A DNA stretch of 64,000 nt from Bdellovibrionales bacterium (GTDB lineage Bacteria > Bdellovibrionota > UBA1018 > CAIMNF01): the NCBI GenBank assembly GCA_947462765.1, contig CANHQK010000007.1:1438-65437 (forward strand), written 5' to 3'. A program made the translations under genes and the position numbers. Of this stretch, positions 57,286 through 64,000 are shown piece after piece. Position 1 is the stretch's first letter; each line of letters opens with the position of its first letter. The notes under the pieces are model-generated. The model searched no databases, had not been told where the DNA came from, and saw only the letters and a program-made list of their open reading frames with translations.

Positions 57286-58743
57286 GTGGCCATGATTGAA
57301 CTCGCGCGTTTTTCAAATCCAGGTCTCGGCTTGGCTGCCCTGTTGGCCTATTTTGTAAGTCTGCTCATCCTTGCGTTTTACCGAGCCCGTTCGGCCACCC
57401 TGTCGGATTATTACATCGGGAGCCATGATTCGACCTGGTGGCTCATCACTCTCGGAATGATCAGCGATTCGGTCTCAGGAGTGACTTTCGTCTCAGTGCC
57501 TGGATCGGTTTTTTCCCAGGAGTATTCCTATTTTCAGATCGTGCTCGGTTATTTCCTCGGATACCTGGTCATCACCACAGTGCTTCTGCCGCTCTACTAC
57601 CGGAGGAATCTGATTTCCATCTACTCCTACCTCGGCGAGCGCTTCGGCGTTCCCGCCCAGAAGACCGCCTCCTTGCTCTTCATCGCCTCGCGGACTTTCG
57701 GTTCAGCGGCCCGTCTCTACATCTCGGTCATGATCCTGCACCAATGCCTGCTCGGCGGATTGGGCCTCAGTCCGACAGTTTCATTTGCACTCGCGATGGC
57801 CCTGATTGTTCTCTATACCTACAAGGGCGGCATCAAGAGTCTGGTCTGGACCGAGGCCTATCAGTCTGTCATCCTTCTCGGTTCCGTCCTCTTCTTGTTT
57901 GTTGCTCTTTGGAAGTTTTCACCCGATCCGATGAAAGCGATCACAGCACCCCGGATCTTCTCATGGGACCCGATCAAGCCCGATTTCTTCCTGAAGTCCC
58001 TTTTTGGCGGCATGCTGATCACCAGCTCCATGAACGGACTCGATCAGAACATCATGCAAATGAACCTAAGTTGCCGGAGCCTCAAGGAAGCACAGAAAAA
58101 CATGTTTACGCTCGCATTTGTCATGGTCGCGGTGAATTTCGTCTTCATGGCTCTCGGAGCACTGACCCGGGAAGCCTATGCGACTGGAAATCTGGTTATT
58201 CCCACCTTGCCGGGCGGAGGTGTGGCGGCCGACCAGGTTTTGCCGGCACTGGCTCTCGGTAGCCTCGGTACGGGTGCGGCGATGATGTTTCTGATCGGCC
58301 TATCTGCCGCGACCTTTAGCAGCGCCGGCACCATCCTCCCTGCGATCGCGTCCTCGATCGAAATCGATTTGCTTCCTGAGCGCTTGAAGGACCGGATTCC
58401 TGTCCGTCTGATTCATGTTCTGGCCGCCGTGGTCATCCTGCTCTTGATCCTCGTGATCCATGCACTCGAAACCCGCTCGCTCATCGATCTGGTGCTTCGT
58501 TGCTCCGGCTATACATACGGTCCCTTGATTGGACTGTACGGCATCGGGATTTTCACCGCTTGGAGGCTTGAGTCCCGCCGGGTTCCCGCACTCTGTCTCG
58601 GAGCGATCGCCTTGACAGCCATCCTTGATTTGAACAGTGCCAGTTGGTTCTCCGGATACCGTCTGGGCGTAGAGTTGATTGCCGTCAATGCCATGCTGTT
58701 CTTGACTCTCGCGTTGGCCTTCGGGAAAAAGCGGAGCGTTTAG
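57286..58743 (+). CDS. Sodium:solute symporter family transporter
   Basis: About 13 TM helices, SSF N-terminal pattern DYYIGSHDSTWW. Confidence 0.8.
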   Translation: MAMIELARFSNPGLGLAALLAYFVSLLILAFYRARSATLSDYYIGSHDSTWWLITLGMISDSVSGVTFVSVPGSVFSQEYSYFQIVLGYFLGYLVITTVLLPLYYRRNLISIYSYLGERFGVPAQKTASLLFIASRTFGSAARLYISVMILHQCLLGGLGLSPTVSFALAMALIVLYTYKGGIKSLVWTEAYQSVILLGSVLFLFVALWKFSPDPMKAITAPRIFSWDPIKPDFFLKSLFGGMLITSSMNGLDQNIMQMNLSCRSLKEAQKNMFTLAFVMVAVNFVFMALGALTREAYATGNLVIPTLPGGGVAADQVLPALALGSLGTGAAMMFLIGLSAATFSSAGTILPAIASSIEIDLLPERLKDRIPVRLIHVLAAVVILLLILVIHALETRSLIDLVLRCSGYTYGPLIGLYGIGIFTAWRLESRRVPALCLGAIALTAILDLNSASWFSGYRLGVELIAVNAMLFLTLALAFGKKRSV

Positions 58744-60431
58744 AGAGTCTTCAGGAATTCGATCAAATCACGTTTTTCGGAGGGCGTGAACTTCTCACTG
58801 CCGTCCTCACGGGTGAAGATTTTTCTGTAATGCCCTTCATTCGAAAGGCCCGGGCGGGTCGTGTCGAAGAGGTGCTCTTTCGAGTCTCGGGCGGTCCGCC
58901 AGGCTACGGGTGTTTTCGATCCCACCGGGTATCCGACGCATTCCGGATCAAAATCCCTCGAAGGATCTTTCACTTCGCCCGAGTAGTAGGTCCTCGGCCG
59001 GCTGGACGGAGGGGTCATGAGCGCACAAAGGTTCGGAATGGAGTTGTTGTGGAAGTAGGGGAAGCGGGCGAAGATTCCGTCGAGCGGTGGTGGAACATAG
59101 CCCGCTTGTTCTTCGATCACGATATCGTATTGCTGAGAGAACCGAAGCGGATTCAGCGCTCTGGCCAATTCTCTCATGCCCTGGCGACGTCCAGGATCGG
59201 TGCCCACATCCTTGACCTTGGTTCGGGTGGGATACCGGATTCCGACCGTGGATCCGGCATTCGGTCCTTGCCAGCTCTTGTCATAGTGCCCGTGGCATCC
59301 GGCGCAGGACTCACGGTACATCCGTTCTCCCCTTCGGGCCCTTTCGGTTTCGATGGGATAGGCGGCCAGGAATTCTTCCCATTTCGGCGATCGAGTGGCG
59401 AACACTGCAGTGGTGAGGTCCTCGATGATCTCGCGGTTTTGCTCCATCCAATCCACGAGTTCCGGCAGATCGGCCCCGCGACCGATCTCGTTCCATAGAA
59501 AATTGGTGAAAATCGGATTGCCGGAAATCACGCTTCCGTCGGATAGCCAGCGGGTCTTGTACTTCACCGTCCACCACGGAGCCGGCTTGCTGTCTGCGAC
59601 CTCGGTTTCGAGTGGATTGGGGCGTGGACGGGCTGCACTCACGGGGTCCCGTTCGGCCCAGGGGGTTTCGGCACGCCGAGCGAGTGACAGGGCTACCTGG
59701 GCTAAAGAAGTATCAAGCCCCAGGGTTTCGGGCATCTTGAGTCCGACAGAGTCAATCCGCTCCCGGGTCTCGGCGTACATCCTGACCTCTTTGCGATTCG
59801 CTCCGGTCATGGAGCGGAACAGTTCCGGACTGATCCAGCGGGTGGCTTGTTTGCCATGGATAAAAAATGAATTCGCACGGGGAAAACGGTTGGTGAGGCC
59901 AAGCACCGGGCGTCCGAATAGGCTCGCCGAGTGACAGGCAGCGCAACTCAGGGTGACTCCTCGGACGCCGTTCCGTTCAATGAGTGAGACACCCATCGGC
60001 TGTTCCGGCCGGACACCCTTCGGGAAAGGAATCTCGCCCTCCACTTCGGGATAATCATGGAGCCCGAGCCATTTCCAGAATCCTTTGAAGTCCTTGAACT
60101 CCGACCCGAGAGAAAGAATGGACTTCATGAGTCCGAAAAGCGGGTCTCCGGGCTTGGAATCGAGCACGCGCAAGGCTTGCCGTTCCGGAACGAGTAGGCC
60201 GGTGATCTCGAGTGGATACTGAAGTGCGTGGAGCTTTCCTTTGCGGACTTTCTCCTCGAAAACAGCGTCGGGCCAGCCGTAGGGGTTCGGGCGTCCCGAC
60301 GGATCGATCTGTGCATTCGAGGACCAGTCCGGTTCGGGAGTTCTGATGTCAGCATGGACAGCAGCCGTCCAAGCCATACCCAGTACGACCCACAGCGATC
60401 CGATTCGATTCATGAAGCGGCGCACAATCAA
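58740..60431 (-). CDS. Secreted di-haem c-type cytochrome (possible peroxidase/oxidase-like)
   Basis: Signal peptide and two CxxCH motifs (CAACH, CAGCH). Confidence 0.6.
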   Translation of the reverse strand: MIVRRFMNRIGSLWVVLGMAWTAAVHADIRTPEPDWSSNAQIDPSGRPNPYGWPDAVFEEKVRKGKLHALQYPLEITGLLVPERQALRVLDSKPGDPLFGLMKSILSLGSEFKDFKGFWKWLGLHDYPEVEGEIPFPKGVRPEQPMGVSLIERNGVRGVTLSCAACHSASLFGRPVLGLTNRFPRANSFFIHGKQATRWISPELFRSMTGANRKEVRMYAETRERIDSVGLKMPETLGLDTSLAQVALSLARRAETPWAERDPVSAARPRPNPLETEVADSKPAPWWTVKYKTRWLSDGSVISGNPIFTNFLWNEIGRGADLPELVDWMEQNREIIEDLTTAVFATRSPKWEEFLAAYPIETERARRGERMYRESCAGCHGHYDKSWQGPNAGSTVGIRYPTRTKVKDVGTDPGRRQGMRELARALNPLRFSQQYDIVIEEQAGYVPPPLDGIFARFPYFHNNSIPNLCALMTPPSSRPRTYYSGEVKDPSRDFDPECVGYPVGSKTPVAWRTARDSKEHLFDTTRPGLSNEGHYRKIFTREDGSEKFTPSEKRDLIEFLKTL

Positions 60432-60514
60432 CCCCCCGTCCCCAAGGTTTTCCTATGTCGAAAACCGATTGTCAATGTGGCAATTTGACGTGTTTTGAGA
60501 GAAAACGTGGAGAA

Positions 60515-61411
60515 ATGAAGATCAAGGTCCAGCGTCTCGGAATCATCATCAAGCATCACCACAACGAAGCCGCTGCCCTTGCGCTCGAACTCGCCGATTT
60601 GCTCCTGAATCGCGGGTATCAGGTTTTTTTCTGTGACGAGAGCGCCAAGGTGCTCCGAACCCTCGGGCCCGAGCGTCTTCGGAAATTGAAGGTCGTGAAA
60701 AAGTCCGCCTTGGCCCGCAAGGTCGATCTGATCGTGGTTCTCGGAGGGGATGGGACCTATCTGAGTGCCGCAAGGCTCATGAAAGATGTGAGCATTCCCA
60801 TCCTGGGAATCAACATGGGGACCCTTGGTTTCCTGACCGAAGTACGTAAGGATGAACTCCATGATGTCATCCACCGGATCCTGAATACGGGATCCATTTC
60901 GATTTCCGAACGGGTCATGCTCGAGGTGAGTGTTGTCCGGAAGGGGAAGACTGTACTGAAGGATCTCGTGGTGAACGACGCGGTGGTTTCGAAAGGGGCC
61001 ATTGCAAGGATCATCGGGGTCAAAATCAATGTGAACGGCGAATGGGCCAATACGGTACGTGCCGACGGAATGATCATCAGCACACCCACCGGATCGACGG
61101 CATACTCGCTCGCAGCCGGGGGACCGATTGTCATGCCTCATCTGGGTTGCATGTTGATCACCCCCATCTGTCCTCATGGCCTCACTCAGCGGACTCTCGT
61201 GCTTCCCGACGATGTGAATGTCGAAATGACCCTGGAGTCGATGCCCGGTCATGTCTACCTGACCCTCGACGGCCAGAACGGTCTCGACCTGAAAGACGGG
61301 GACTTGATACGGATTTCGAGGTTCAAGAAACATAAGCTCAAAATCGTGACCGCACCCAATCGTGATTATTTTTCCCTGCTCAGGGAAAAACTCAACTTCG
61401 GAGGCAAATGA
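60515..61411 (+). CDS. nadK: NAD(+) kinase
   Basis: GGDGT motif. Conserved nadK-recN adjacency. Confidence 0.9.
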   Translation: MKIKVQRLGIIIKHHHNEAAALALELADLLLNRGYQVFFCDESAKVLRTLGPERLRKLKVVKKSALARKVDLIVVLGGDGTYLSAARLMKDVSIPILGINMGTLGFLTEVRKDELHDVIHRILNTGSISISERVMLEVSVVRKGKTVLKDLVVNDAVVSKGAIARIIGVKINVNGEWANTVRADGMIISTPTGSTAYSLAAGGPIVMPHLGCMLITPICPHGLTQRTLVLPDDVNVEMTLESMPGHVYLTLDGQNGLDLKDGDLIRISRFKKHKLKIVTAPNRDYFSLLREKLNFGGK

Positions 61412-63087
61412 TGATCCAGACCATCAAGATCCGTAACTTCGCATTGATCGAGAACGCCGAGATCCCCTTCGAGCGGGGGTTGAACATCCTGTCCGGAGAA
61501 ACAGGTGCGGGAAAGTCGATTGTTCTCGAGGCGATCTCGCTCTTGCTCGGTGGTCGCGCCAATAGCGAGACGATCAGGTCGGGAGCTGATGAAGCGGTGG
61601 TCGAGGGTTTTTTCGATATCGAACAACTTCCGTGGTTGAAAACCAGGCTCCAGGAAGTCGGAATCGAATGCGAAGGAAGCGACTTGCTGATCAAGCGTAC
61701 GGTCAGCAGAAGCGGGAAAAACCGGATTTTTCTGAACGGTCAGTTGGCGACTCTGAACATGCTCTCGATGGTTTGCGAGGATCTGATCGATCTTTGCGGG
61801 CAACATGAACACCAATCGCTTTTCAAATCAGGCGTACAGATCGCGCTTCTCGATAGGTTCTCCGGCATCGAAGATCTACAAAAGAAGGCCTCTGCCCAAT
61901 ACCGGAATACCCTCGCATTGCTCGAGGAATGGGAGTCCTTGAAGAAAAAGGAAGAGGAGCGGGTCCAGCGTCTTGCATTTTTACAATTCCAGCTCGAAGA
62001 ACTCGAGGCAGCCGCCCTGGTTCCCGGAGAGGATGAAGCTCTTGCGACCGAAAAACGCCTCCTTCAGTCGGTAGGACAACGGATCTCGCTTGCGACCCAG
62101 GTTCATGATGCTTTGGACGGTGAAGAGGGTGCCTTGAACGCGTTACGGATCGCTGCTTCGAAGGTGAAGGCTCTGAGTCAGATGGATGAGGGAGTCGAGC
62201 CCCTTCAGGCCTCGATCGAGCGGGCTCTGGCAGAGGTGGAGGACGCGGCCCAAGCGTCGAGAGCGTATTCTTCCCGGGCCGATATGAGCCCTGATCGCCT
62301 CGAGCAGGTCCAGGAACGACTCAGTCTGATCACCAATCTCAAACGGAAGTACGGAAACCTCCTGGATGAAATCATCTCGTATCAATTGAAGCTTCGCGAA
62401 GAAATCGATCTACTGACCCATCTGTCCACTCGACTCGACTCGCTCGAGCAGGAATACGGGGAAGAGCGCAAGATCGCCCTCAAGTTTTCGAAAGAGCTTT
62501 TCGAAAAACGGAAAAAAGGCTCAGAGGGACTCAGTAAGGCGGTCTCCAAGGAGTTGAAGGAGCTCCGGATGCAGGATGCGGAGGTCGGATTCGAACTCGG
62601 TTTCTCAGACGATCTCGCCTCCTGGGGCGCGGATTCCCTCGGTACGGTTGCCGAACTTCTGGTCCGGACGAACTTGGGTGAGGAGAAAAAGCCGATCCAA
62701 AAGATCGTCTCGGGGGGGGAATTGTCACGCTTGATGCTCGCAATCCGACGAGTCATTGCGGACAAGGGAGGGATCGGAGTGTACCTCTTTGACGAGATTG
62801 ATGCGGGTCTGGGAGGACAAACAGCCTTCACTGTCGGAAAAAAATTGAAGTCTGTCGCCGGTTACAACCAAGTCCTCTGTATCACCCATGTTCCTCAGGT
62901 CGCTTGTTTTGCCGACCACCACCTCTCGATCAGCAAGCAGTCCTCGAAGGGGCGAACGGTAACAGAGGTGAGATGTCTGAGTGATGTCGAAAGGCGTGAC
63001 GAGATCGCGCGGATGCTGGGATCCGAAAAGCTCACGGCTGCAGCCCTCAAGAATGCCAAAGACCTGATCGAGAGTGCCCGCGCTTAA
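61408..63087 (+). CDS. recN: DNA repair protein RecN
   Basis: N-terminal Walker A GETGAGKS, coiled coil, C-terminal signature/Walker B (LFDEIDAGLGG). Confidence 0.9.
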   Translation: MMIQTIKIRNFALIENAEIPFERGLNILSGETGAGKSIVLEAISLLLGGRANSETIRSGADEAVVEGFFDIEQLPWLKTRLQEVGIECEGSDLLIKRTVSRSGKNRIFLNGQLATLNMLSMVCEDLIDLCGQHEHQSLFKSGVQIALLDRFSGIEDLQKKASAQYRNTLALLEEWESLKKKEEERVQRLAFLQFQLEELEAAALVPGEDEALATEKRLLQSVGQRISLATQVHDALDGEEGALNALRIAASKVKALSQMDEGVEPLQASIERALAEVEDAAQASRAYSSRADMSPDRLEQVQERLSLITNLKRKYGNLLDEIISYQLKLREEIDLLTHLSTRLDSLEQEYGEERKIALKFSKELFEKRKKGSEGLSKAVSKELKELRMQDAEVGFELGFSDDLASWGADSLGTVAELLVRTNLGEEKKPIQKIVSGGELSRLMLAIRRVIADKGGIGVYLFDEIDAGLGGQTAFTVGKKLKSVAGYNQVLCITHVPQVACFADHHLSISKQSSKGRTVTEVRCLSDVERRDEIARMLGSEKLTAAALKNAKDLIESARA

Positions 63088-64000
63088 GGACAGCGGTACC
63101 ACTCGATTCGTGGGAGGGATCGACCGGCCGGAGTCTTCCAGACCCAGGTCGAGAGCCATCCTGGCACCACCGCTTCTAAAAGACGACACGATCTCTGTTG
63201 AAGTAGCTGTTGAATCGGCTCGTGTGTCGGCTCATCGGCTTTTCCGTCGAGGAGAACCTGTACCGGACCCGGCTGGGAGAGGTGCGCCCCGAGCTCTCCG
63301 GGATTCCCGAAGACCGTCAAGCGGTGAACCGGAAAAGTATAGTAAGGTGGGTTTCCCCGGTAGTCCCGGCTAGCGAGGACTGGAATATCCGGGTCGAGAT
63401 TGCGATGAGCCAAGAAGGGTGCCCCGAGGGTCCGCAACGAAGCCCCGTGCAGAGTCGAAATGGCGAACGCTGAAAGATTGAGCACAGCGAAGGGGATCCA
63501 CCAGATCGGGCGTGCCAATTTAAATGTGAAGTCTCTGAAATAAATCAGGGCCATGAATGGAATCCAGTTCAGGATCGGAAACAGGAAGCGGTACTCTTTG
63601 TTGGTGATCAGACAGTGAAGAGCGAAAAACGACACCATGAAAGACGAAAGGATCCACCCGTCTTCTTCTTTGGACTTCTTGAAAAATCCGAGGCTCCCGA
63701 TGAATAAGGGGACAGAAACCAACGGATTCAGCTCGAGGATCCACCTGAAATACATCCACCAAGGATAAGGGTTGTAACGGGCCGCAACTCCATCCACCAG
63801 GTTCACCTTGAAGTAAAGGTAGGGGCTCAGCACCCAGTTGCCGTACCCGATCCGGTCGAGCAGGACTCCGAGGACCACGGGCAGGGTAAATCCTCCAAGC
63901 AGGGCCAAATGGCTCTTGTTGAGTCTACCCGTGCGGAAGAGCAGGGCGATTCCGAGCCCGGCGAGCCCGAGAGCAATCTGATAGCGGGCCAGGAAGGCGA
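63084..64000 (-). CDS. Multi-TM membrane protein, possibly GT-C-fold glycosyltransferase; 5' end runs off the window
   Basis: Hydrophobic helices and an aromatic-rich loop (YNPYPWWMYFRWILE). The ORF is open to the window edge. Confidence 0.4.
   Translation of the reverse strand, partial: AFLARYQIALGLAGLGIALLFRTGRLNKSHLALLGGFTLPVVLGVLLDRIGYGNWVLSPYLYFKVNLVDGVAARYNPYPWWMYFRWILELNPLVSVPLFIGSLGFFKKSKEEDGWILSSFMVSFFALHCLITNKEYRFLFPILNWIPFMALIYFRDFTFKLARPIWWIPFAVLNLSAFAISTLHGASLRTLGAPFLAHRNLDPDIPVLASRDYRGNPPYYTFPVHRLTVFGNPGELGAHLSQPGPVQVLLDGKADEPTHEPIQQLLQQRSCRLLEAVVPGWLSTWVWKTPAGRSLPRIEWYRCP

Noticed and set aside
1-64000. CRISPR arrays, rRNA or tRNA genes, insertion sequences, integrases
   Set aside because: No direct-repeat/spacer periodicity, no rRNA- or tRNA-like conserved strings, and no transposase or integrase motifs were recognised on either strand.

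Overview
This is a GC-rich window (about 60% GC by eye), and the gene set points to a Gram-negative bacterial chromosome. A deltaproteobacterial, myxobacterial or Bdellovibrio-like predator is a possible source, but taxonomy cannot be fixed from sequence alone.

Housekeeping genes make up most of the window. These include propionyl-CoA carboxylase subunits (carboxyltransferase, biotin carboxylase and a separate BCCP), guaA/guaB, and a methylmalonyl-CoA mutase catalytic subunit without a B12 domain. There is a lipA/E2/lpdA/lipB block and also lon, rluD, dprA, nadK/recN and nagZ. Transporters are represented by two ABC permeases, two CorC/CNNM genes and a sodium:solute symporter. Regulatory genes comprise a histidine kinase with an NtrC-family regulator and a single-domain CheY-like regulator. 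An orphan beta-class DNA methyltransferase is also present.

The standout is a roughly 16-kb block (21.3-37.5 kb), all on the + strand. It encodes a Tad/Flp-type pilus or secretion machine with three FHA-domain membrane proteins and a PP2C phosphatase wedged between a TadB/C-like gene plus DUF192 and the pilin genes. The machine genes are two Flp pilins, two TadE-like pseudopilins, CpaB, the secretin CpaC, a fused CpaE-like/CpaF ATPase and a TadB/C platform protein. Immediately downstream lie a YD-repeat secreted protein and a small Cys-containing secreted peptide. No Ser/Thr kinase and no prepilin peptidase are visible.

This layout resembles the Tad-like Kil contact-killing apparatus described in Myxococcus. 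The YD-repeat cargo or tip candidate and the fused ATPase make it look like an under-described variant.

Other notable signals:
- Two paralogous small secreted-peptide genes each sit behind an apparent sigma-54 -24/-12 promoter with a conserved initial transcribed motif.
- The nearby NtrC-like regulator has a degenerate GAFTGA motif and no HTH.
- The lon gene is flanked by a perfect 14-nt inverted repeat that makes its 5' and 3' UTRs complementary.
- A 24-bp palindrome overlaps the first pilin start codon.
- A long structured leader precedes pccB.
- A phosphoribosyltransferase/erythromycin-esterase-family fusion ORF opens the window.

No CRISPR array, rRNA, tRNA or obvious mobile element was seen.
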